A stretch of DNA of 62,951 nt from Oligoflexales bacterium (GTDB lineage Bacteria > Bdellovibrionota_B > Oligoflexia > Oligoflexales > CAIYRB01): NCBI GenBank assembly GCA_041736175.1, contig JBGSUI010000151.1, forward strand, positions 1 to 62,951. The letters run 5' to 3'. Positions within the stretch are counted from its first letter, which is position 1, and the number at the start of each line of letters is the position of its first letter. The translations under genes and the position numbers were made by a program. The notes below the pieces were generated by a model, which made no database searches, was not told the DNA's origin, and was given only the letters and a program-made list of their open reading frames with translations. Below are positions 1-9,850 of the stretch, one piece after another.

Positions 1-143
1 TTCAAATAAGAAAGAACCGTTGCAAAGTGCACGTCCTCAAATCTTTTAACGGCCTTCAACTCAACTACGATTGTCTTTTCCACAATTATGTCTAAGCAAT
101 GTATCCCAACGGGGTGGTTGCGATATTTAAGAGCAAGCCTAAC
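1..143 (-). pseudogene. GxxExxY family protein, 5'-truncated fragment (runs off window edge)
   Basis: Manual translation VRLALKYRNHPVGIHCLDIIVEKTIVVELKAVKRFEDVHFATVLSYL matches the D-x-x-V-E...VELKAV...H..Q/T..SYLK pattern. No own start; it abuts the IS fragment. Confidence 0.7.
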
Positions 144-330
144 GCGAGACTTCGAATTCTCGGCATAGATCCGTCATCCTCTCGCCGTCAATAAGACGAG
201 CAACAAATTTTAAACGTTCCGACATAGCATCACTCTCCTTCCATGGCATAGAAAGTCCTCCTTCAATGCCATTATAAAAGTGTTACCTATGTCCCCGGTA
301 TAAAATGTCACCCATGTGCCCGGTTTATAC
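139..330 (-). mobile_element. IS481-family remnant: left end plus first 36 codons of the transposase
   Basis: ATG at 249 after GGAGG gives MPWKESDAMSERLKFVARLIDGERMTDLCREFEVSR*, an IS481-type HTH N-terminus. Two 19-bp subterminal repeats: tgttacctatgtccccggt (281-299) and tgtcacccatgtgcccggt (306-324). Confidence 0.75.
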
Positions 331-528
331 CCCGTCTGATCGCTGAAGCGCTGAAGAGGTTTGTAAGGCGGGCTGAAAGAAAAATCCAGCGACATGGCTA
401 GCTGGTCATTAAAATGTCAACAGGCCGTAGTTTAGCTAACAAAAGTTTTCGACTCATGTGTGGGTAGTGTATCTGGCTCTAGCGCGATAGAAGAAGAGCA
501 ATAGCCCTTCAAGTTTGTATAAAGAAGG

Positions 529-614
529 TGGTACCAGCGGCCGGACTTGAACCGGCACACCCTTGCGGACGGTGGATTTTGAATCCACTGCGTCTACCAT
601 TTCGCCACGCTGGC
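529..614 (-). tRNA. tRNA-Leu (CAA)
   Basis: GCCAGCGTGGCGAAATGGTAGACGCA-GTGGA-TTCAAAA-TCCAC...GGTTCAAGTCC...GCTGGTACCA; long variable arm; encoded CCA. Confidence 0.97.
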
Positions 615-722
615 CTATGAGGAGTGCAGAATACTGAGAAGAGCTACCCTTCAAAGCTGCAAAATGTTGATAACCCAAGTTGATGTTCCTATCAACCATA
701 ATCTTTAGACCCACCGTGTCGG

Positions 723-1319
723 TCACTGCCTTCGGCTCCCGTCGCCCCCCTTGATCACCCACGGGATCCCAGCCACCATAAAAACCACCTCCTCGGCAAG
801 GGCAGCGACTGCCTGGTTAGCCCACCCGGCGAGGTCGCGAAACTCCCGAGACTCTTGGCCCGCAGGGACGATCCCTAACCCCACCTCGTTGCTGACGATC
901 ACCCACCGCACCAGCGATCGGCTCTCCCTTAAATCCTGTTTGAGTTCTGCCAGAATCTCGTCCATCCCCCCAAGGGCTTCTTTCTTTACAAAAAGCCACA
1001 GGGTCAAACAGTCCAGGAGGATTGTCGCCCCCTTAAATTCTTGCGCCACACCCAAAAGGTCATGGCGGTTTTCAACCGTCACAAAGTCCTGTGACCGCTC
1101 TTGGCGGTGCCGTGCAATCCGGTCTTCCATCTCCCGGTCGATCGCCCGGGGATAGGTCGCGAGGTAAACTTTGGGGGCATCGGTCTTTAATCCTGAACTC
1201 TCTAACGCGAGTTTTTCGGCAAACCGGGATTTACCGCTGCGAGCTCCGCCTAAAACCAGAGTGATGGAGGATAGGGGGCTCCTCGATCCCGAGTCCAAAC
1301 CCGTTGAGCCCGGCTTCAT
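723..1319 (-). CDS. cobU: Adenosylcobinamide kinase / adenosylcobinamide-phosphate guanylyltransferase
   Basis: GGARSGKS, EMEDRIARH, LDCLTLW, VSNEVGLG, FRDLAGWANQ. Confidence 0.95.
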   Translation of the reverse strand: MKPGSTGLDSGSRSPLSSITLVLGGARSGKSRFAEKLALESSGLKTDAPKVYLATYPRAIDREMEDRIARHRQERSQDFVTVENRHDLLGVAQEFKGATILLDCLTLWLFVKKEALGGMDEILAELKQDLRESRSLVRWVIVSNEVGLGIVPAGQESREFRDLAGWANQAVAALAEEVVFMVAGIPWVIKGGDGSRRQ

Positions 1320-2935
1320 AATTTTCCCCCAGTCACACCACCAATCATACCCGCACTCTTCCCAAAAATAGCCTGGTCAAGCTTGCTAAAATCCAGATGC
1401 TGTTCCAGATGATCGGCGAGCCCATCGTAAATATCAATCCCGGTCCTATTGGGGCCCTCTTCCAATAAAACCCCGAAATTCCCCTGTCTCCCAAGCCATC
1501 TCCCCAGAGCCTGAGCAGTGCCTGGATTTTCAAAGAGTCCATGGACCATCGTACCCACCACCTGACCACAAACGCTAGCGACACCGTCCCCGTGACGCTC
1601 GACAAGGGTTGGGCTCAAGGTTTCTAACTGAAAAAAACCCGCGCTTCCCTGGTAGTCGCCCCCCGATCTCACAGAGGTCTGCCCTGCGTGGATCTCGTAA
1701 CCCTGGAGGGGAAAGGTTCCAAGAGCCTCCAAAAGCCAGGGCTTGCCACCCCCCCCTCCTGGGCGCGGTTCCACCTGGCATTGGACCGTTCGCTTTTCGG
1801 GACGAAACCGCGTCTCGATCCCTAAGAGCCCCAGCCCCCACCCCTCGCGCCCTTCCGTCTCGATACCCAAGGTGTCGTCGATGAGTTGTCCCAGCATTTG
1901 GCAGCCACCACAGATCCCAAGGAGCCACTGATTAGAATCCCCCTCTAGGCCTTTCTGGTGTCGATCCAGAAGACTTTGCGCAAAGCCACTGGACTTGAGC
2001 CAGTCCAAATCTTCTAAGGTGTTTTTAGACCCCGGCACGATCACCAAATCAGCCGCCTCTAGGAGTTTTGGATCCTCCACAAAGATCGTCTCTAGCAACA
2101 GACACCGCAAGAGCGGACCAAACTCATCAAAATTCGAAATCCGCGGTAACCTAATCACCGCCACCTTGGGCTTTGGAGTCCCAGAGTGGCTCCAGACCCG
2201 AGGGATAAAATCAAGGCTAAGGGAATCTTCCTCCGCCAAACGGTGATCCCGCATAAAAGGCACCACCCCCATCACGGGGACTCCGGTTTTTTGTTGTAAA
2301 AATTCTAACCCCGAAGCGAGCAAGGCGGGATCTCCGCGAAACTTATTGATCAAAAACCCACAGATCCGGTCTTTTTCATGGGGCTCTAAAAGCAGCATGG
2401 TCCCCATCAAGGCCGCGAAAACACCGCCCCGGTCGATATCTCCCACCAGGAGGACCGGTGCCCCGATGGCTGTGGCCACAAACATATTGACTAGATCATT
2501 TTGCTTTAGATTGATCTCCGCAGGACTCCCTGCCCCTTCGATCACAACCAAATCATAACTCCGGCGCAGCTCTTCTAAACTTTCAAGGATCAGCCCCCTT
2601 AACTTCGGTTTGATCTCATGGTACTCCGTCGCCTGCATGCTACCCCAAGACCGCCCGCGAACGATGACCTGGGAACGCCGCTCCCCCTCAGGCTTAAGGA
2701 GCACTGGATTCATCAGCGACGACGCTTTCAGGCCACAGGCCTCTGCCTGGGCAGCCTGGGCTCTGCCAATCTCATGCCCTTCCCAGGTCACGGCACTGTT
2801 TAACGCCATATTTTGGGCCTTAAAGGGGGCGACCCTAAGGCCACGTCGCTTGTAGACTCGGCACAGGGCGGTGACGATCAGGCTTTTGCCCACCGAGGAT
2901 GCGGTGCCTTGAATCATAATGGTCGGTGCTAGCAT
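1316..2935 (-). CDS. cobQ: Cobyric acid synthase
   Basis: QGTASSVGKS, PFKAQNMALN, EGAGSPAEINL, GICGGCQMLG, GYEIHAG. Confidence 0.96.
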   Translation of the reverse strand: MLAPTIMIQGTASSVGKSLIVTALCRVYKRRGLRVAPFKAQNMALNSAVTWEGHEIGRAQAAQAEACGLKASSLMNPVLLKPEGERRSQVIVRGRSWGSMQATEYHEIKPKLRGLILESLEELRRSYDLVVIEGAGSPAEINLKQNDLVNMFVATAIGAPVLLVGDIDRGGVFAALMGTMLLLEPHEKDRICGFLINKFRGDPALLASGLEFLQQKTGVPVMGVVPFMRDHRLAEEDSLSLDFIPRVWSHSGTPKPKVAVIRLPRISNFDEFGPLLRCLLLETIFVEDPKLLEAADLVIVPGSKNTLEDLDWLKSSGFAQSLLDRHQKGLEGDSNQWLLGICGGCQMLGQLIDDTLGIETEGREGWGLGLLGIETRFRPEKRTVQCQVEPRPGGGGGKPWLLEALGTFPLQGYEIHAGQTSVRSGGDYQGSAGFFQLETLSPTLVERHGDGVASVCGQVVGTMVHGLFENPGTAQALGRWLGRQGNFGVLLEEGPNRTGIDIYDGLADHLEQHLDFSKLDQAIFGKSAGMIGGVTGGKL

Positions 2936-2963
2936 AGGACGAAAACCTCAAACAAAATAATGT

Positions 2964-3971
2964 CTATAAACCTATTCCCTCAAGTCCCTGAAGCGGGACG
3001 ACCCAAACAAAAACCACCCAAGCCAGAGCTAAAAAAATCCACGTTGCCCGCCTTGAAATCGCCCAAGCCTCGGTGATATGCCCACACTGAGGTACATGAG
3101 GAAAAGCCCCCAATTGGTACACCCCCTTTTTAATAAGGGAGATCTCTAACGCTCCCGCCATCGCAGCCATTGGCCAGCCGCCATTAGGGCTCGGAGTCTT
3201 TCCAGCCTCTTGCCAAACCAGCGTCCCGATTTTTTTCCACTGCCGAGGCGGTGTCGCTAACAGGAGGCATAGGGAAGTGATCCGTGCGGGAATCAGATTA
3301 AAAACATCATCGGTCCGCGCGGCTGCCTTACCAAGATACTCCAAAGGCCCCCGGTATCCCAGAACCGCATCCATGGTATTGACCACCCTATAAAAGATCG
3401 CCCCGGGGATGCCTCCGACCAGATAAAAAAACACCGGAGCGATCACACTATCTGAGAGGTTTTCGGCCAAGGAGGCCACCGTGGCCCCAACCACATGGGC
3501 CTCGTCCAAGTCACGGGCATCCCGGCTGCAAAGGCTGCGGAGGGCGTATCTAGCCTGGGCTAAACCGGTTTCACCATGACCTTCGAGAGCCTCCTGCACT
3601 ATGCTGGCAGCCTCGCCCAGGGCTTTGGAGGCAAAGGTCGCCTTGAGTAAAAAAACACTTAAGACAAACTCAAGCCCTGACCAGCCTTCTGCTCCCCACA
3701 GAATCATGGCCCCCAGCCAGGCACAGGCAAGGGGCAGCACAACAACAATCAATACCCCCCCAAAAAACTGCTCCCAGGGACGACGCAAACCCCAGCTTTT
3801 AAACCACCGAATCGGCTTTCCCATATAGACGACCGGATGGATCGCCCGCGGCATCTCGCCCCAGGCCCAATCGAGCAGCAACGCACCTGCCAGGACAACC
3901 CACACTTCAAGGCCGGTTTTTGATGCCGTAAAAGGTAGGACCACGGTGCTTAGGATTGACGGACTTGCCAC
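2964..3971 (-). CDS. cbiB: Adenosylcobinamide-phosphate synthase
   Basis: HPVVYMG, SLAENLSD, YRVVNTMDAVLGY, SPNGGWPMAAMAGAL; membrane protein. Confidence 0.95.
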   Translation of the reverse strand: MASPSILSTVVLPFTASKTGLEVWVVLAGALLLDWAWGEMPRAIHPVVYMGKPIRWFKSWGLRRPWEQFFGGVLIVVVLPLACAWLGAMILWGAEGWSGLEFVLSVFLLKATFASKALGEAASIVQEALEGHGETGLAQARYALRSLCSRDARDLDEAHVVGATVASLAENLSDSVIAPVFFYLVGGIPGAIFYRVVNTMDAVLGYRGPLEYLGKAAARTDDVFNLIPARITSLCLLLATPPRQWKKIGTLVWQEAGKTPSPNGGWPMAAMAGALEISLIKKGVYQLGAFPHVPQCGHITEAWAISRRATWIFLALAWVVFVWVVPLQGLEGIGL

Positions 3972-5551
3972 TTTCCAATGCTTTCTGCCACAGCAGGATA
4001 GGTTGCTTTTCCTACCACATGGCCAAGGGAGGTGTGTTTGCCTGCAAAATTTTCTAGCTGGCAGGATTCCACAATATCCCTGGGAATCTGGTGATTGGAT
4101 CCCCAGTGGGCGTGGACATAAGATCCTAAAACCCGACCTGACAAAACCCCCTCTTCTATGACCAGCTGGTCCCGTCGCCGCCTCACACGGTAGATGGTTG
4201 TGGCGTTTGAAACCACCCCCTCAACAAGCTCCACAGGTGCCATTTCACGATGATCGAGAAGCCTTTCTGAGTAGCGAAACTGGTGTCCCCGAAAGCGTGT
4301 CCCTGCGGGTCCAAGGGGGCTCGGAGCTTGGGTCTCCACCTCCACATACCCCAGGGCCACGAGGCGCTCGCGCATCACCACATGTCCAGGCAGAAGCCCC
4401 ACCATCGGCCATTCCTGGGGATGATGGGGATCCGGCTGCAGACTCTGGCAAAGATACATAAAGCCACCGCACTCCCCATAGATGAGTCCACCCCTACGAC
4501 CAAACTCCCGGAGATCCTGGATCATGCCTTGGTTTTGGGAGAGTTTCTCGGCAAAAAGCTCTGGATAGCCTCCTCCGAGGTAGATCCCATGGAATGCAAA
4601 AGTCCCGTCTTGTTTACGGGGCAAACCGGTGTCACCGAGAGGGGAAAATTCCACCAGCTCAGCCCCATAATCCTCTAGGAGAGAAAGATTTTCTTGGTAA
4701 TAAAAATCAAAGGCTTTATCCCGGGCAATGCCGATTAAACACTTTTTCTCTACCCTCTCAAGTTTATGAGTCCCCTTATAAATCTCCAGCTCCAGGGGTA
4801 GCGCCTGCCGTGCGATTTCGAGTACGGTTTCCAAATCGACTCCTGCCGCAACTAGGTCGCGTGCAGACTGCAGAGCACGGTCCCTCTCTCCATCATGGCG
4901 CATAGACACCAAACCCAGATGTCGTTCCACAAAAACCGGTTTCTTTTGGTCTAGGACCCCGCCCACATAGCGCACCGAAGGCACGGCCTGGCCTAGGGCT
5001 TGGCCCAAAAGCTGGCGATGGGAACTGCTCCCCACCCGGTTGGCCACGACGCCGACGATTCCTGATAAACATGATTTTGATTGATCATCGTCCGCTCTAT
5101 CATCTGCCCTATGGATCTTTGCAAACTCCATAAACCCGTAGACCATCGCTGCCAGAGACCGCGCCATACCGGAAGCGTCGACGACGAGGAGAGCTGGACA
5201 GTCCAGCACACGAGCTAATTCCCAGGAAGACCCTTTAGAACTGGTAGGGCTCAGGCCATCATAAAAACCCATCACCCCTTCGATCAAGGCGATATCTGCA
5301 TCTTGACACCCCAGGACAAAGGCATTGTGCACGCCGTCACGTCCCATCAGCCAGAGATCAAGGTTGGTGCATGTTCGCCCCGAGGCGTGCTGGTGGTAGG
5401 TCGGATCCAAATAGTCAGGACCTGCCTTAAAGGTGGCGACCTTTAGGCCTTTTTCTGTAAGGAGACGCACCAGACCTGCCATCACCATGGTTTTACCGGT
5501 ACCACTGGAAGGGGCTACGATCATCAGTCGTGGAATCTCAAAGGTCGGCAT
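3950..5551 (-). CDS. cbiA: Cobyrinate a,c-diamide synthase
   Basis: SGTGKT, FKAGPDYLDP, IEGVMGFYDG, ERHLGL, GECGGFMYL. Confidence 0.95.
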   Translation of the reverse strand: MPTFEIPRLMIVAPSSGTGKTMVMAGLVRLLTEKGLKVATFKAGPDYLDPTYHQHASGRTCTNLDLWLMGRDGVHNAFVLGCQDADIALIEGVMGFYDGLSPTSSKGSSWELARVLDCPALLVVDASGMARSLAAMVYGFMEFAKIHRADDRADDDQSKSCLSGIVGVVANRVGSSSHRQLLGQALGQAVPSVRYVGGVLDQKKPVFVERHLGLVSMRHDGERDRALQSARDLVAAGVDLETVLEIARQALPLELEIYKGTHKLERVEKKCLIGIARDKAFDFYYQENLSLLEDYGAELVEFSPLGDTGLPRKQDGTFAFHGIYLGGGYPELFAEKLSQNQGMIQDLREFGRRGGLIYGECGGFMYLCQSLQPDPHHPQEWPMVGLLPGHVVMRERLVALGYVEVETQAPSPLGPAGTRFRGHQFRYSERLLDHREMAPVELVEGVVSNATTIYRVRRRRDQLVIEEGVLSGRVLGSYVHAHWGSNHQIPRDIVESCQLENFAGKHTSLGHVVGKATYPAVAESIGKWQVRQS

Positions 5552-5591
5552 TCGGTGGTTTTGTCCTTATGTTGGTCTTTGTGACGGACTG

Positions 5592-7739
5592 TTAATAATC
5601 AAGTCCCTGTTGGGCCCTTTGTCCTGACTTAAAGGGATGTTTCACCTCTTGCATCTCGGTGACCACATCGGCAATCTCTAGCAGTGTCGGGTGGGCCTTG
5701 CGCCCTGTCAGGATCACGCTCACCCCCGGAGGTTTCGCAGCCAAGGTCGCCACGACTTCGGCAATTTCAACAAACCCATAGTTGATGACATAGGTGATCT
5801 CATCAAGGATCACTACATCGTACAGTCCGCTTTGGATGAGGTCTTTGGATTTGTCCCAGGCCTTGCGGGCTAATGCCCGGTCTTGGGCCAGATCATCGCT
5901 ATCCCAGGTAAACCCTTTGCCCATGACATAAAAATCAAGGGTCGGTAGGGACGCGGCAAAGCGGCGTTCGCCTGTGGGCCATTTCCCCTTAATAAACTGC
6001 ACCACGCCGACTTTGCGACCATAGCCCATGGCGCGAAACACCAAGCCGAGGGCGGCCGTGGTTTTTCCCTTGCCCTGCCCCGTGTAGACGATGATTTGGC
6101 CTTTATTGTTATGAGTGCGGGTGGCCTCTGTCCTATTGGGTGAACCTCGAAGGACGACGGACTCGTTTTTTGGGACGTTTTCCCTGAGGACCCTAACCCG
6201 CTCGACCACTCCAGCGAGACTGTCGGCTTGATGAACCTCCTTCACACCCAATCCCAGCAGCCTTTGGGCCAAGCTGGGACCTAGGGCGATCCAAGGTTTG
6301 TCAGCCCAAGACTCCTGGGAAAAGTAGCTTTTAGGATCGAAGCTTAAAAAGATATCGAGGGCCTTATGATGGGGAACAATCCAAAGGTCAGGCTCTGGCG
6401 CCTTGATCCTGACGGCACGTTTTTGAAAAGAATAACAAGGCCAGGGGATTCCCTTTAGGGTCTTTTCTTCAGAAGAGCAGGACACGAGGGTACGCAGCGG
6501 ATCGAGTGGCACAGATTTTGGGAGCAACTCTGTCTGGATCCCCATATTAAATAAATAAGACTTTACATTTTGGTTTGTCGTAACCCATTTTTTTTTGAGA
6601 GGCATCTGTCTTAGGTCGATTCCAAAATGGGAAATAGATTGTAAAAACATTTTGGCATCCAGCACCCGTCGCAACAATATCTGGTCCCACGGAGAACTCT
6701 CGTCCACAAGAAAAGCGGGGTCAACATCTTGGACGGGGACAGGAACCGGAGTCATCAGCGGAAACCCAATCACGTCGGCACCAAGACGCCTAAGGCGAGG
6801 AGCCAACCGACTAGGTCCCCCGTGGGACCTGAGGATCACCACTCGCATCCCCCTCAGTGGTAGCGTTGCACCTGGATCCTGAAGTCCCTCGCCTTCTCTT
6901 CCTAAACCAACGGTCGATCCGATCAGCGCCAGCCCCGGGAGATGGCTACCCAGAGTGTCTTGAAGTCCATCTAAACATTTTATTGTTGATCGATGGATCC
7001 GTTGGGACGGAGTGGTCGCAGCGGCGACAAAGGCCAGGGGAGTTTCCGGGTCCCAGCCCTTTTCGATCAAGTCCTGACAAAGGCCCTTAAGATGCTTGCG
7101 GGGCATATAGATGGCGAGAGTTCCGTCGGGGTTCCCCGCGACTTTGGGTTTGTCGTCAGGGAGATGGGATGCCCCCCGATGCCCTGTCATCAAAGTCACA
7201 CTGGAAGCCAGCCGGCGATCCGTGAGGGGGATCCCAGCTGAGGCCGCAGCTCCGAAGGCTGCGGTGATCCCGGGGATATAAACACAGGAAAACCCGTGCT
7301 GGCGGAGTATCGCCGCCTCCTCGCCCGACCTGCCAAAAATCATCGGATCGCCGCACTTAAGTCTGACGACGCACTGACCCTGGGCAAGGGCTTTGAGGAT
7401 TTCCGGATGCACAAGGGGGCCATGTACCGAGGTTTGCGGGGATACGGGGGATTCGGAGGATTTATTTTGGTCGTCGCGATGTTCGTCATGGACCTTGCCC
7501 CGGTAGCCGACGGGGAGCAGTCGACAGTGGGTTGGGGCAAAGGCAAGGATCTGTGGGTGGATCAAATCATCATAGGCGATCAGATCGGCCCGCTGAAGGA
7601 GGCGCCGGCCCTTGAGGGTGATCAACTCCGGGTCTCCTGGTCCTGCACCGACCATATAGAGAACGGTTTTGGGTTTAGAATTCAATGGGGTCATCGAAGC
7701 CTTTATCGGTCGCTGGGGTGTCAGAAAAAGACGGCTCAT
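5592..7739 (-). CDS. cobA: Fusion: uroporphyrinogen-III C-methyltransferase + HemD-like domain + CobO/BtuR-type corrinoid adenosyltransferase
   Basis: VGAGPGDPELITLKG, RLKCGDPMIFGR and AGIPLTDR; a HemD-like LRGMRVVILR...LRRLGA segment; C-terminal YTGQGKGKTTAALG, QFIKG, ILDEI, LTGR, KHPF. Start may be at 7694. Confidence 0.88.
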   Translation of the reverse strand: MSRLFLTPQRPIKASMTPLNSKPKTVLYMVGAGPGDPELITLKGRRLLQRADLIAYDDLIHPQILAFAPTHCRLLPVGYRGKVHDEHRDDQNKSSESPVSPQTSVHGPLVHPEILKALAQGQCVVRLKCGDPMIFGRSGEEAAILRQHGFSCVYIPGITAAFGAAASAGIPLTDRRLASSVTLMTGHRGASHLPDDKPKVAGNPDGTLAIYMPRKHLKGLCQDLIEKGWDPETPLAFVAAATTPSQRIHRSTIKCLDGLQDTLGSHLPGLALIGSTVGLGREGEGLQDPGATLPLRGMRVVILRSHGGPSRLAPRLRRLGADVIGFPLMTPVPVPVQDVDPAFLVDESSPWDQILLRRVLDAKMFLQSISHFGIDLRQMPLKKKWVTTNQNVKSYLFNMGIQTELLPKSVPLDPLRTLVSCSSEEKTLKGIPWPCYSFQKRAVRIKAPEPDLWIVPHHKALDIFLSFDPKSYFSQESWADKPWIALGPSLAQRLLGLGVKEVHQADSLAGVVERVRVLRENVPKNESVVLRGSPNRTEATRTHNNKGQIIVYTGQGKGKTTAALGLVFRAMGYGRKVGVVQFIKGKWPTGERRFAASLPTLDFYVMGKGFTWDSDDLAQDRALARKAWDKSKDLIQSGLYDVVILDEITYVINYGFVEIAEVVATLAAKPPGVSVILTGRKAHPTLLEIADVVTEMQEVKHPFKSGQRAQQGLDY

Positions 7740-8520
7740 GGATATAAGGACCAGGTTTTACTGGAATGCTGGCCTTGCGATAGCCATGACTAAAATCTGC
7801 GGCATAGAGACGTGATTCCTTAAAGTCCTTAGCCGTCAGAACCCGTCCGATCAGGATCATCGCTTGGGAGGTGATCTTAGCCTGCCGGACTTTGCCGTTG
7901 ATATCTTTAAGGGTGCCGGTCACGATCTGTTGGTCAGGACAGCTGGCCTTATAGACGACCGCCACCGGACAGTCTTCCCCATAAACAGGAATCAACTGTC
8001 TTGTCACCTTGGTGAGCAACATCACACTCAAAAAGAGGCACATCGTTGCCTGATGCTGTCCCAGCGAGGGGAGCTGCTCTAGCTCAGGCATCGGTGTACG
8101 CCCTTCGGCCCTGGTGATGATGACCGTCTGGCAGAGTTCGGGGAGGGTTAGTTCCTTACCGAGGGCTGCTGCGGCTGCCGTAAAAGACGAGACTCCTGGG
8201 ATGATTTCATAGGGGATCCCCACCTCTTCCATGCGGCGAATCTGTTCGGCAGTAGACCCAAAGATGCTTGGGTCCCCCGTATGCACCCGGGCCACGTCTT
8301 GGCCCTTTTGGTGGGCCTCGACGATAAGATCGATGATCTGGTCTAAGGAAAGACTTGCCGAATCGATCACCTGAGCCCCCTTGGCGGCATGGCCGATCAC
8401 CTCTTTAGGCACCAGAGATCCAGTGTAAATCACCACAGGACAACGGGCGATCAATCGATACCCCTTTAGGGTGATCAACTCTGGATCACCTGGTCCAGCT
8501 CCTATAATATAAACAGTCAT
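7675..8520 (-). CDS. cbiF: Precorrin-4 C11-methyltransferase (CbiF/CobM)
   Basis: IGAGPGDPELITLKG, YTGSLV, RVHTGDPSIFG, ELTLPELCQT, SRLYAADFSH; start moved to the ATG after GAGGAG. Confidence 0.95.
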   Translation of the reverse strand: MTVYIIGAGPGDPELITLKGYRLIARCPVVIYTGSLVPKEVIGHAAKGAQVIDSASLSLDQIIDLIVEAHQKGQDVARVHTGDPSIFGSTAEQIRRMEEVGIPYEIIPGVSSFTAAAAALGKELTLPELCQTVIITRAEGRTPMPELEQLPSLGQHQATMCLFLSVMLLTKVTRQLIPVYGEDCPVAVVYKASCPDQQIVTGTLKDINGKVRQAKITSQAMILIGRVLTAKDFKESRLYAADFSHGYRKASIPVKPGPYIHEPSFSDTPATDKGFDDPIEF

Positions 8521-8547
8521 CCTGACTCTCCTCCTCACTCTCCCTGG

Positions 8548-8994
8548 TTACGAACACCTTAAGACCTGGTCGCGAACGATATCCCAAATCGGTTCGGGGG
8601 TATCACAAAGCCACTGGATATCCACCAATCCATCGCGCTCGCCACTGGACTCCAGCACTAGATTCCACAGACGCTCACTGACAGAACCATTGCGGCGGAT
8701 CACAAGAGCCTGGGCTAGGCGAAGAGCCACAGCCGCACCCTCTCCCTTGGCGATCATCTGAAGCTTCGGCTTGGGAAAGTCGCCTGTGATGCCTCCTTGG
8801 GTTTCCGTGGCCAAAATAAGCAGCGGCACCACCACCTGCTTTACAGGGTCGCGGTCTTTCAGGGGCTGACCTTCCCATGTGTCTTGAAAGCCATACTCTT
8901 TATAGTTAAGCGGCTCTTTGCTATCCCCCACAAGATAAAAACATCCGCTGTCTTCGACTAAGATCGCACCAGCTAAACGACTTACTGTTGTCAT
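8548..8994 (-). CDS. Uncharacterised cob-operon protein (CbiH-associated)
   Basis: 148-aa ORF MTTVSRLAG... with RRNGSVSERLW motif, co-oriented between cbiH and cbiF. Confidence 0.65.
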   Translation of the reverse strand: MTTVSRLAGAILVEDSGCFYLVGDSKEPLNYKEYGFQDTWEGQPLKDRDPVKQVVVPLLILATETQGGITGDFPKPKLQMIAKGEGAAVALRLAQALVIRRNGSVSERLWNLVLESSGERDGLVDIQWLCDTPEPIWDIVRDQVLRCS

Positions 8995-9022
8995 CTGAGC
9001 ACCCTTATCCTGTGACCGTTCC

Positions 9023-9850
9023 TTAGACTCGCAGGCTTTCTCCTGGAGTCTGACCTTCCTTGACTTGACCGTCCCACTGGTATTTATGGTGATAACCCCG
9101 TGGGGTGACCATATACCCTTCATAAACATAGGTATGGGAATTGCCGATCAACACCGTGGTCAGCATCCCAATTTCGTAGTCCAACATATGATCCAAGTCG
9201 GTCATCTGGACCTGCTGCCTAAACCGGTAAGCGCTCTTGACCAGACCTACAGGTGTGGTCCCTGGTCGGTATAATTTTATGATTTCTTGGGCTCGGACGA
9301 TCTGCCGTTGGCGTCGTCCACTAGCCGGATTGTAGAGACCGATCACAAAATCCGATGAAGCGGCCGCGTCAATCCGTTTTTCAATCACGTCCCAGGGAGT
9401 GAGGAGATCAGAAAGGGAGATCATACAGGAATCATGGCCAAGGGGAGCACCCACCAAAGAGGCGCAGCTATTAAGCGCGGTGATTCCCGGGATCATGTGA
9501 ATCTCAGGAGACATGCCTCGCTTCCACCCCCGGCTGCGCAGCACATCAAAGACCAGGTTTGCCATGCCGTACACACCAGCATCACCCGACGAAATCAAGG
9601 CGACTTTAGCCCCTTCAGCAGCTTTATCCACGGCCATCTGCGCCCGAGCGATCTCTTCCGTCATCCCGGTTTTAATAGTTTGTTTGTCTTTAAGGAGCGG
9701 CCTGACCAGCAGCATATAGGTCCGGTAGCCCACCACGATATCCGCTTCCTTGATCGCAGCGAGCGCTGCCGGAGAGATATGGTCTTGGTGTCCGGGGCCA
9801 ATCCCCACCAGGGTCAAAGACCCCATCGTTGTCTTAGTAGCTTCTTCCAT
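9023..9850 (-). CDS. cbiH: Precorrin-3B C17-methyltransferase (CbiH/CobJ)
   Basis: VGIGPG, ISSGDAGVYGMA, GAPLGHD, ISLSDLLTPW, LYNPAS, TPRGY. Confidence 0.95.
   Translation of the reverse strand: MEEATKTTMGSLTLVGIGPGHQDHISPAALAAIKEADIVVGYRTYMLLVRPLLKDKQTIKTGMTEEIARAQMAVDKAAEGAKVALISSGDAGVYGMANLVFDVLRSRGWKRGMSPEIHMIPGITALNSCASLVGAPLGHDSCMISLSDLLTPWDVIEKRIDAAASSDFVIGLYNPASGRRQRQIVRAQEIIKLYRPGTTPVGLVKSAYRFRQQVQMTDLDHMLDYEIGMLTTVLIGNSHTYVYEGYMVTPRGYHHKYQWDGQVKEGQTPGESLRV

Noticed and set aside
210..395. 61-aa ORF
   Set aside because: Runs across the IS end repeats; the real coding remnant is in another frame (249-139).
454..762. 102-aa ORF
   Set aside because: Overlaps tRNA-Leu; spurious.
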